NCBI RefSeq assembly: GCF_000315625.1 | Contig: NW_005434672.1 | Coordinates: forward strand, 961,374-1,025,373 | Direction of reading: 5' to 3' | DNA: 64,000 nt | DNA from: Guillardia theta CCMP2712 | Taxonomy: Eukaryota; Protista; Cryptophyta | Shown: positions 1 to 11,214 of the stretch, in pieces | How the letters are laid out: each line of letters begins with the position of its first letter | How positions within the stretch are numbered: position 1 is the stretch's first letter | Translations under genes and position numbers: made by a program | The notes under the pieces: generated by a model | Seen by the model: only the letters and a program-made list of their open reading frames with translations | What the model was told of the DNA's origin: nothing | The model's database searches: none

Positions 1-1820
1 TGGACGGACTTGCATAGTTGAACCAACACAATCTCTACGAGATGGATCAGAAGTGTGATCGAAGAAGAAGAGAAAAACAAAATGAACTCAGACAAATGAA
101 GAAAGAATGTACCGATTCAGTAGGCACACAAGTCACGGATGGAAGGCCAACAACCTGTTCTTTCAAGTCATGATGTTGCGGTCAGAAAAGAAAAGAGAAC
201 ACACGGGAGTGAGACTGACTGGATGTTGAGATCCAAATCCGCCAGGAACGACACATGTTATCGTAGAGCTTGAAAGGACCTCTCGACAGAATCAGCATGA
301 CGAATGAAGTCATCTGCGTTCACTTTGATGTTTGTACAAGAACTTGAGCCAATAGACACCAACATCTGGTTTTGCTGATTCTGGATCCCTTGCAAACATC
401 TGCCCACCATGGTAATGGTCTGACCACCTTTGCTCTTTCAACTCAGATGAAACCACGGGAGAAAGAAACATTCCTACCATCTGTGGGACCAACGACAGGA
501 TAAATGTAGAGAAGATTTTGAGGACTCGATGCGCAACTCGTTGCAGTCAACGTGAGAGAATCCTTTGAGTCCAGTCAATGAACATCGAAACGCAACAATC
601 TGACGCATCTAACTGACTTGAGACTCCTGACAAGGTCCAGAGATACACTTGAGAGTACCAAAGCAAGAAGTACCACTGCAATGATATCACAAGTCTCGAA
701 CATGGTAATGAGCCGAAAGGTCGGCGTGATAAAAAATACAATCAAGTGTACATACCTGATGGACCAGAACGCACTGTCATTGACTCGCAGATCAAAATTC
801 ACAACACCAAATTTCGAGACTGCGGAGATGAGATTGAAGCTGTTGGAACACGAGGACAACTTTGCATTGTCGTCTGCAAGGCTCCAACTTGGCAATGCGA
901 TAGTAGCAGTACAATCCCACGGCCTCACTTCTGTTATAGTCAGAGTTCCAGTGGGACAAACATCTGAACAAGAGCAATAGTCGAAAATGTACTGTCGCAT
1001 GGCTATGTACGAGCGCGAAAATGTGTAACAAGTAGTCAAATTCGCAACGCCAGTCAGCGATGCTGGATTAGAGAGTTCTGGCAAACACATCTGAAGAATA
1101 GTATCCGTCAGAGACGAAACCCCATTGATGATCGCATGACCTGCATTCCGACATTTGTACCTGACGTTAGGATTGACAATGTTGCATTCAAGCAACAAGC
1201 CGTGCAGTTCAAGATGAAGGACTGGAATGAAGAGTGAGTAACAAAGGTTAGGTCGACCAGGACGAGTATACCTGCCATTCTTGAGCTCTATCCTTCGAGC
1301 TATAGATTGGTTGCAGCATTCTTGAAAAATTCAACATGCAAATTTCAACTGGAAAAGCCACTCCATCCAACGAAATGAGTGACTTGGAAGATATGGATGT
1401 GACAAAACTCTGATCCCACGATCTGTGAAGAGTTGCAACATCAATGAAGAAAACAATACAAAGATAGTGAACTTTGACATCACCCAATATTGTTTTGATC
1501 CACAATATGCCAGTTCATAACTAGTTTGCTCGTTTGTGTGTCAACAGAAACAATCAGGTCCTAAGGACAGCAAAAGTCAAAATGTCCCGGGCACACTCTT
1601 TGTACATACTACAATTCTTGCAGGCAACGCCTCCGAGCCTCTTCTGCACCATTCGCACCGTCAGCTAAGACTGTAGACAAGAAACGAAGGAAACTGACCC
1701 ATTGGTTGCGACCCTTCCCGACAACCAGGTCCCCTGGATGGCCTTCATGGACATCAAGGCATCGCTTCCGGCTCCTCCGACCCCATAACTCAGAGAGAGA
1801 AGAAAAAAGCGAAAAAGCAT
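1..1820 (-). CDS. Hypothetical multi-exon, Cys-rich, possibly secreted protein; 3' end runs off the window
   Basis: Chain of minus-strand ORF pieces (1665-1871, 1248-1505, 575-1198, 310-492) separated by intron-sized gaps. Candidate start MLFRFFLLSLSYGVGG looks like a signal peptide. No family recognised. Confidence 0.35.
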
Positions 1821-2069
1821 CTGCGATGAAATCCATGAGACTATGAATCTGATGTATGTGAGTGAACACACAGAGCAGCAGGCGGTTTACATGTGATAGA
1901 ATATCAGTCAGTGAACAACAAGTGTTGTTGTCATTCCAATAGTCATTTCACGGCTTTGCTCCTCTCTATCTTCATCTCGGATCTCGTCACACTGCCCACT
2001 AGTGGCATGTTTATGAAAAAAAAAAAAAAACAAGGTCAAAACATAAAAAAAACAATCAAGTTCACGTCG

Positions 2070-2440
2070 GTTCAACGGTTGGCGGACTCCGGGATTCAGT
2101 TAACGGCCCAGGCCGGTCGCCGCGGGCCCGGCCCGGAGCCTCGGATCCGACGGGCTAATCTCCGTAGTTGCTAGGCTAGGCTCCCAGGCCCGAAACTTAA
2201 CTGATACCTTTCACGCATAAGAGCTGCTCCGGCTCCTACCGTCGTCCGGAGGCTCAAGCAGCTTGCGGGCAGCGGCGTGTCGACGGACAACAAGCCGCTG
2301 AGCGGTCGACACGCCGCTGCATACAAACCTCCTTCGCTGCCGCCGAGCCTCCGCCCGGCTTGTGAGCCGCTACTCAGTGACTATCAGTTAGCCTGATTGT
2401 CCTCGTACTGATTTTTAACTTAACTTTGAGTAAAACTTTT
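2070..2440 (+). repeat. GC-rich dispersed degenerate repeat ending in a conserved AT-rich motif
   Basis: CCGG/GGCC/ACTCAG-rich island, followed at 2394-2434 by TGATTGTCCTCGTACTGATTTTTAACTTAACTTTGAGTAAA, nearly identical to 52355-52400. Confidence 0.7.
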
Positions 2441-2738
2441 CGCGGCCGTCTGCCGCAACGAAACCCTTTAACGACCGCAACAGCTCATGGATGCAGAGAT
2501 TGTGATGTGGCGAAGGGAGAGGAGAGGGCGAGGTTGGGAGGAGGAGGAGGAGGAGGAACTTCACTCAATGCCTGTTTGAATCCTTCATCTGCTGATCTGA
2601 CATCATAAGTTCTGCCTTTCTCCCTATTGATGTCTAGTAAGGTATCGATGTCGCCTGGTGCAGAACAGTTGTGAAACCATCGTTGTCGCTCTGAGACATC
2701 CGCTACCAGGCGACTCCCAGAGCTTTCACAGGAGCAAG

Positions 2739-5700
2739 ATGTGGATCACAAGAGCAAGATCCCTTGCAGTCATGCTCAGGCTTCTACTCGTGAGTAGATT
2801 TGCCATTGGCTGGAACGTCTCTGTAAGCAACTACTACGGGTCATCATGTTCGACCTCGCAGGCTGGCAACAAGGAGATCGTGAAGCCTGACTGCATGACC
2901 TTGACGAGCAGAGCGCTGATAGTGTGCGACCAGAGGGACAGCAGCCGCCTGCTGGAGATCCTCCTAGACGAACGCGCAAACCCTGTCGCTTCCAAGACCA
3001 TCGTCGACCAGCCCAGTGGGCTGATCCGAGGCATTGGGATGGACCATGTGGGAGTCTGGTACTACACCAACCCGAGAGATCAGACGGTCAACCTCATCGT
3101 CGAAGGCAAGTCTTGGATCCTAGCAGGCCACCGCGTTAGTGTGAACCTGCGGACAATGACTGGGAAAGGCCTATACGCTACTTTCCGATCCCCGCACGGG
3201 GTTGTGGCGGACGAGGCTCAGAACTTGTTCGTGACTGACCGACTTGACCATCGAGTGCGAAAAGTCTCGAAAAGCAACAACTTTGTGTCTTATTTCGCGG
3301 GATCTGGAATTCAAGGTTTCCGAGACGGGGCGGCTGGTGACGCTAGATTCTCGGAGCCTTTGGGGATTATTCATTTCAGAAACAAACTTTACGTGGCAGA
3401 TTCGAACAACCATGCAATCAGAAGCATTGATCCCATCTCAGGGGAAGTTGCTACTGTTGCTGGAAATCAACAAAGAGGGAACTTGGATGGAGCGGCTTCT
3501 CAAAGTCAGTTAGACACCCCCACGTCACTAGTGGCGTACAAGCAATTCATTTTCATCGCAGAGTCTAAAGGAGGAGTCCGGGCTGTTGACCTGGACAGTT
3601 TGAAAGTCTTCACTCTTCACCAGCTGCAGAACGTGATGCTATCGGGCATCGCAGTCTTAAATAATCCATACTTTACACACCCCCTCGTCCTGGTCTCTGA
3701 CTTCCTCGGGTGTAGAATCTTGAGTCTGCCCTTGGTTGCTGACTGCGCGGGCAAGCTTTTTTCTTCCAAGGCGTTGGACAAGTGCGGTGTGTGCGGAGGA
3801 AAGGACGAGTGCGTGGATTGTGCGGGAGTGCCATGGGGCAAGGCAGTCAAGGATTCCTGCGGGACCTGTCGAGCTGATGGGGGGGACTGTAGTGAACCCA
3901 ACGGACGCGTGGAAGGGGGGGCAGGCGATCTTGGATCGCTAGCAAGGTCCTTCGGGGTCTATGCTGGCAAAGTTGCTGGAACTTTCAGGTCGCCAACCTT
4001 GAAAGTTGCTGAGAGTCCTCAGATGAAACCTGTTGTGTTGCCGAGGACTCAAGTAGCAGTCCAGGTGAACAACAGGTGGGGGCTGCGAGTAAGCACTCTG
4101 TATGGGACCGGCATGTGCCAGCCTTGGTACTCCCAGTCGAGCTATGGGAATCAGCTGAATCGCCCGGAAGGAGTTGTCTTCGACTCGCACGGGCACTTGT
4201 ACGTGGCTGACACGGGCAACCACGTCATCAAGATGCTGGATTTCTCTTCTGGGAAAGTCTTGCGGACCATCGGGACTGAGGTTTCCAGCACGAGCAACAG
4301 AGGGAGTCGCTTCGGCGTCTTCAACGGCCCGTCAGGCCTCTCGTTGCGGGGAGACGGCGGACTGTACGTCTGCGACTCCTACAATAGCGCCATCCGGAAA
4401 GTCGACTTGACGAGCACGCCACCTCGAGTTTCCTCCCTGCAGCTCCAGCGGCCGATCTCCTCTCCTCGCGGCATCGCCTTCCATCCCTCAGGGTCTCTCC
4501 TTGTGACAGATGCTGAGAAGCGATCTCTGTGGGAGGTGGGGAGTGCGGGCATGCAACAGTTGGACTCTCGCTCGTTCCCTCTTGGGGAGCCGCGGGCTCT
4601 TGCCTGTGACCCTCATGGTGACATCCTCGTCGCTGATCTCAGCGGACGCGTCCTGCTCTACCAAACGCGTCTCAAGAGCTGGCGAACCTTGGTGAGTAAG
4701 GGGGCGATGCCTGAGGAGCAGCAGGACCGCCAGCTGGCCGTCAGCTCCCCCTCGGGCCTGGCAGTGGACGGGAAGGGGAACATCTTCATCGCCGACAGGG
4801 GCTCGCACTGCATCTACATGCTCGAGGCGAAGAGCTCGAAGCTGCTTCTCATCGCCGGCAACGGACATGCAGGACGTCGCGACGGGGAGAGGGCGCAGTT
4901 CTACCAGCCTTACGATCTTGCTCTCTCTGCAGAAGGGAAAGTGCTGGCGGTGACGGAGAAAGGTTCCTGTCAAGTCCGCCTCATCCATGGGATCGAGAGT
5001 TTCCTCAAGGATGACTCCAAGGTCGCAGTTGGCTCGCCGAGCTCGACGCCCAAGGTCAGCAAGCCGGTCAGCAAGCCCGACCAACCATCCCCTCCTCCTC
5101 CTCCTCCTCCTCCCTCCAGCTCTTCGAGCTCCAAGCACGCGCAGGAGACTGTCAAGACGGAGATTCCCCTGACTTCTACTCCTCCTGTTATGACAGCGAC
5201 GAAGGAAGACCCGGACGCGACCGCTGGCCCCTCAGAGAGCCTCAAAGCAGACCAGCTCCCTTCCAGCTACAGGGAATTCGACGAGCTGGAGAAGGAAGCC
5301 CAAGAGTCAAGCAAGGGAGTCGTTGATCCGTTCGCTTACACGTCAAAGATCGACAGAATGAAGAAGGCGGAGGGAGAGGAGCCAGACAGCGACAAGTCGG
5401 TTGCTGACCTCGAGGTAGCAGGAGGAAGAATCGTGGACGTGAAGGATCCAGAAGCCCTTCCTGCTGATTTCGTTGCTCGAGTGGAAGAGGAGAGGGCGGG
5501 AGCTCCTGATCTTGTCAAGAAAGCAGACGAACTTCTTGCGCAAGCAGGGTCGAGCACGTCAGAGATCGACAGGATCAAGTTGAACTTGGAGGGAGAGCAG
5601 GAGGCGCAGGGTCGGGGGGAGCAGGTCGAGGGGAAGGGGACTGAGCAGCAAGACTCTCTCTCGTCTGAGATCGAGAGGATCGAGCAGGAGATCGCGGAGG

Positions 5701-6256
5701 AGGATGCAAGAGAGATGGACCAGGAGAAGCTTGACAAACTTCTGTCGCCATTGAAAGACTCCCCCGCTCCCTCTGGAAGTGAGTCCTCGTTGCCCACGTC
5801 AGACGGCACGAGACCCTCCTCGAAGAAAGGAGCGGAGGAGTTTGAAGAGCTTTTTCCTCCTGATGACCCGGGTCAAGATGACAAGAGCGCCAACGTGTCC
5901 ACGGGAAACTTCCGTAGCGCGTCCGTTGTTGCACCTGGACATCATGGCGGGTCGGAGGACATGGCAGACGGCAAGAGACTGTCGAATCCCCATCCTCCTC
6001 GCCCTGGTCATTTTGATGACGGCTTCTCAGCAAGTGCAGACGTTGAGCTGATGGTGATGGCACACAGTGTTTTGAGGGATGAGAAGGAGCTGAGAAATTT
6101 GTGCTGTAGGTACCTCATGACGACAACATCCTGACCTTGGGGGCCGTCATGCTTGTCTTCTTCATGACAGCCACGTACTACAAGTATGGGAGGAAGTTCT
6201 TCCGTTCAAGGCCGTCGAGCGATGTGAGGTATGAGATGGTCAGCCAGGCTACCTGA
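2739..6256 (+). CDS. NHL-repeat (two beta-propeller) type-I membrane protein; exons 2739-6053 and 6110-6256
   Basis: Signal-like MWITRARSLAVMLRLLLVSRFAIG. NHL motifs such as PHGVVADEAQNLFVTDRLDHRVRKV and PEGVVFDSHGHLYVADTGNHVIKML. Cys-rich linker and a P/S/E-rich stalk. A 56-nt GT-AG intron (6054-6109) joins an exon encoding TM ILTLGAVMLVFFMTATYY and a tail ending YEMVSQAT*. Confidence 0.85.
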
Positions 6257-6412
6257 CTGTGTGTATGGGATGTAGAAGATCCAATCTGAACCTTATGATG
6301 CATTTGTAAAATCATTCACTTTCATTACCTCTTTTAACCGCCAGAAAGAAAGACGGGAATGCACAAAGAATGCTGACAGCTGAGAATTCGACTGGGCCCG
6401 CTGAGTGGGGCT

Positions 6413-9400
6413 CTAGCTTAGAAGCTCTTTGCGCTGTCGATCAAGAAGATCTTCGTATTGTTGGATGCGATCTTGGAGCTCCGACACCTGCAAACCCGTG
6501 GGAAGAATCAGGACATGAGAGATGAGGAAGAGAAGGGGAAAGGGAAACGGAGTGGGGCTGGAAAGGGGAAGGATGAGGGGGAGGGGGAGGGGGAGGAGGA
6601 GGGGGAGGGAGGGAGGAGGATGATCGCACGACCTGAGAGTTCAAGCTCTGGATAGCCTCATCTTTCTTGTTCACAGTTGCACGAACTTTGGAGTTGATCT
6701 CGTCAAGCTCCACGTGCTTCTTGCGGTTCAGCTCCTTCAGTTCCCACGCGAAATTCGCCTCCGCGTCTCGAACTTTCATCTCCTCCTCCTTCAGCTTGTT
6801 CTGGTCAAATGACGTTAGGATGGGAGGCGGCACCGGCAGGCAACCTCAAGCTCCTTCATCATTTCCTGCATGAGTCCTAACTTCTTGTTGTACTCGATTC
6901 GGATCTCTTGAATCTTCGCTTCCTCGTCGATCTCAGCTTGCTTCAACGCGTTCTCGGCGCGAGCGACGGCCTAGCAAGCAAGTGACTTGACCTTCCTCCT
7001 CCCTCAGGGCCTTTGGTCGTCGACCTGAGCCTTGCGAGCGACTTCGTCCTCCAGCTCGAGCACTCGCTCGTTGTTCGCTCTGAGCCTCTCATCGACGGTG
7101 CTGCCCACGCTTGAGCTCAAGAGCGAACAGCAGAAGACAGGTCAACCTGTGCTGCTTGAACAAGGAGAGGTACTTGTCCATGATCTCCTTCTCTGCTTCC
7201 TTCGCTTCTTTCACCTACGGAGGAGTAAGACTGGCGAAAACTCTTGCTGGCTTGCTGGGAGCTGACCTGCTGCTGGTAGCTCTCGGTGACTTGTGCGATC
7301 TTCCCTTCCATCTCAATCTTGAGCTTGCCTTTGACTGTCTCAGCCTCCTCTTCGAGCCTACAAGTTCATTACATCCAGTCTGAAACCCCTTGAGGCATGG
7401 CTACCTGAGGATCACAAGCTCGATCTCTTCGTCACGCTGTCGCTCCATCTCCTTGAATGCTAGAGCCTCTGCTTGCTTGCGTTCCTTCTCCATCTTGTCC
7501 GTCATCTTCAAATTCCTGGACGTCAGAAAGAAAACAAGAGAACATCGAACTCAACATGAAGCATCCATTGCTCCTTCTCGATCTCGAGTTGCTCTCTCAA
7601 CTTGCCCAGCTCGGCTGCATGTTTTCGTTGAAGCTCTTGTTCCTTCTCCGACCACTCTCTCTGAGCAACGGCGAGCTTGCGGGAGTCATCCATCACCTGT
7701 GATATGATATCTCAGAGAGACATCTGCGCTTGTTAGTCGCAGTACCTGCATTCCATACATGTTCTCTATCCTTTGCCTCTCGCTCTTGTGAGCTGATTCC
7801 ATTCTCTCACGTTCCTGGGCATCGGTGAGCGGCACGAGTGGGGACACGGGCAACATCAACTTGAGCCATGTCCTCTGTCATTCTGATTCGCTGAGCTTGA
7901 AGCTGCTGATCGAATCTTTCGTTCTGCTCTCGCAGCCTGTTGCTGGCTATTTCTCTTTCTCGCTCAACGGCCTTCACAAGCGATCAACACACCCGTTTGA
8001 AGGGTAACAATCCACACCTTTTCTCTTTCAGCGAGCATCCTGTCTCGTAGGTCACTTACAGCTTGTTCGTGGAGTTCTTGCAAATTCTGAAAGAACACAA
8101 TGGTGTCAGACCATGTTGATGATCAGTTACAGTCAACATCAGTCGATCTGGCAACGGACTCTCACCACTCTCTGTCTCTTGAGCTCTTCAGCATTCATCT
8201 CCTCCATTCTCTTGACCTCTGTCTTGTGCTTGGAAAGAATACGTTCGATTTCAGGCTGTAGGCCTTTCACCTTTGCAAGTGAATTAGAACATGAGTATGT
8301 GCGAATTCAAGCAGGAAGCGTCTACCGTCAACTCCTTGATTTCTTTGCTCTTCTCTTGCATCCAGTTCTCTCGCCTTATCTTCTCAGAGACCATGATACT
8401 CTCTCTTTGCTTCTTCAGATTCCTTTCATGCTTGCTTTCAAGTTCCTTGATGTTGTCTTCATACTTTTTCTTCAACAAGGAGAATTCGTTCGCCATGTCT
8501 TCACACTTTAAGCTCAATCCTTCTTTGTCATTGACCAACTGCTCGATGAATGACAGCTGTCTCTTCACCTGGTTTTCATATTCTTCCCTTTGCAGAGACA
8601 GTTGAGACTGTACGGTCTTTTGGTGCTCCTCTTTGAGCATCCTCTCAGCTTCCCGTTGGCGTTGGAGCGAAGCTTTCAATTCTTGGATCGTCTTCTGATT
8701 CTGGTGCAGCTCCACTTTCATGGATGCCATCTTTGCCTTGACTTCGCTGTAGACTTGATTTGCTAGGTTCGCCTGGTTGTTGCTTGCAAGGCTTTGCATC
8801 TCCTTTGTTGCTGACGGTGACGATGGCGTTTCCCTCCCCGACCGCTTAGGGGAGCGAGGCTCGTCGGATCTTGGCTGCACTTTCGATATGTACTGCTTAG
8901 CAGGAGACGAGCGAACTGAAAGGTTCAGATCTTGAGAATCATGGATCGTTGTGTCCTGATCCACAGAGTCAAGATATGACAGTATGCTGCAACGAAGGTC
9001 ATCGATTTCCCGATCGAGCTCCTCTGTCTTGACGTGAAATTCCCTTTGATATCCAGCCGGGGAGCCCTTTGGTCTCTTGGAGGTGTATTCTTGGACATCA
9101 TTTTGATGTTTTTCATCTGAAAATGAAATCGTAGTTTCATGATGCTTCGTATCCATCATCGAAGCTGATAATTCATGGCTAAATTCAGCTTTTTCGCTGG
9201 GTTCGCCAAGGATGCTTGAGGCTGATTGCAGTGTCGCATCATGGTTGACAACATTCTCATGCTTGAGAGGAGAGGAAGACTGTGAGAGCGGTCTGTCACT
9301 GTCATGGATGCTCGCATTGTCCAAGAAGAACGAGTCATCATCGTCCTTGAAGTCGTGCTGTATCTCCTGCTGATTGCCATCTTCCTTGAAATCGTCATCT

Positions 9401-10275
9401 TCAACCTTAGGACATTCAGACAACATTCTCAACTTTTCCAATGACTGGTCCAGCGAATTTTGAGGCTGGCTATGTGAATCTTCATCACGCGCCGCCGTAT
9501 TTGCATCAACTCCTTCCGACTTATCGAAGTCTAATTTCATTTCTGCCTTAAGTCTCATCAAAGCACGCTCAACCTGAACTTCGCGTTCTTGCTTCTGTTT
9601 CTCAGCCCTGTCAATAGAACATTTCTTCTTGTCTTTCTCCATCTGTCGAGCCCTTGAATCGTCCCTTGTCTTCTCTGATTCCTGTTTTTGGAGTCTTTCT
9701 TTCAGCAGCAATTTGATTGAGGCCCTACACTCCTTCTGTGCATTCGACAATATTTTTCTGTACCAACGTTGAATCTTGACAGCACTGAGCACCCTTCGTT
9801 TACCATGCTCTGCTCGCGCGGCCAGATATCCTCTAAATTTTCTATTCTCTGACCTGTCCTGAGAAATCTCATAATTTGGCCCAGCAGGAAAACTCTGCCC
9901 TGAGGTTTCTTCACTCACGTACTTTTGTGAGTAGGAGGATGACTGAGCACCTGAGTCGTTCTCATAGCATGTCGATGCCTTTGAGGATGCAGCAACACAA
10001 TCTTCAACCAGAAATTCTTCATCGTCATCATAATTGTCCTCCAACTCCCCAAAGCTCTTGAAATCGGAATCGTTCTCCCCCTCGGTCGGGAAGTCATCTT
10101 TGGGCATACCCTGGCTCTTCGCTCTCGTATCATTCAGCGGCTTCAGTAAAGGCTTGTCTGCCGCTTTCTTGACATCACGTCTCATCGACGAGAGAGGTTG
10201 CCGTCGCAACTCTGCAGAATCCCTTGCATGTAACCCAAGGGGTTTCGAAGTGGACTGCAAAATGACGTCAGACAT
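6413..10275 (-). CDS. CEP131: Centrosomal/centriolar satellite protein CEP131 (AZI1) homolog; multi-exon, possible extra 5' exons up to about 10720
   Basis: IQ motif SAVKIQRWYRK. Segments QREEYENQVKRQLSFIEQLVNDKEGLSLKCE, KEIKELTVKGLQPEIERILSKHK and ELDEINSKVRATVNKKDEAIQSL match remembered CEP131 conserved blocks. Last exon ...YEDLLDRQRKELLS* with stop at 6413-6415. Confidence 0.85.
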
Positions 10276-10834
10276 TTACGAAGGCTATCATACAAGTCAG
10301 ATTGACCACGAAGTCTGGAAACAAATGGTGAGAAGAATCGGCTGCGCTGCTTGTGGAAGCCTTTGAGCCGAGAGGTCGCGGCGGCGCCTTGCCTGTGCGC
10401 GGACGATGCATGGCAGTTGTTATTCCCTCACCTTCGGAAAGGGAACGTGCGGTACTACCATGCCCTGGGTGCAGAGTAAGAATCAGCGAAGTTTGAAAAG
10501 AGTATCTCCAGACAAATAGCTTGATCCCCAGCAATGAAGCTAGCACGCTCTTGGATACAATCCTAGTCACCACAAACCAAATTGTCTGACAATATTGACC
10601 AGCCATTGGCCCTTCACTCTTTCTATCCCACATATCTGCCTCTTACACACCACATAATCATGCACTACTGTCTCTTCTTCTCCTTCACAGCATGTTCCCG
10701 CCATTCCCTCCATCAATCCGCTCATCGTCCGCCACCATAGTGGTGACGGGCGGAAGGCGGGCAATGGTGAGCATGTCGAATGGCGGGGGCAGCAATTGTC
10801 AATTAGAAAGTATGATGATTTTAGGAATTTCCGA

Positions 10835-10940
10835 GGACCCCACCTAGTACCCCAACACCTAGACAAAAGACCTGTACCCCTGTCCGCCCTCCATGGTACT
10901 AAAACGTACCCCTACAGATACCTCAGCTCCTACCCCGTCT
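10835..10940 (-). promoter_or_regulatory. GGGGTA (TACCCC on +) motif cluster upstream of CEP131
   Basis: Repeated GTACCCC/CTACCCC in the divergent intergenic region. Function is inferred only. Confidence 0.3.
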
Positions 10941-11214
10941 TCCTTCCATTCAACTTTCACTAATATCTGAGGCAGGCCTCCCACATTTTAATTAGGGCCC
11001 GAGCTCCTTCGCTATGCCCGACGGATGAGGAGGATGAGGGATGAGGCTGGAGATGGTCAGAGCCCTCCAGGACGTGAGGAGTGAAGAACAGCGATGATGC
11101 TGTCGGTCAGACAGTCGCGCTGTGTTCGCCTCTGTCCTGGGTGACAGACCTTGAAATTCATCTTAAAGTCTTTGAAAGCTTCTGTCCCTGGTTAAACTAG
11201 AGACAGGAGCCGCG

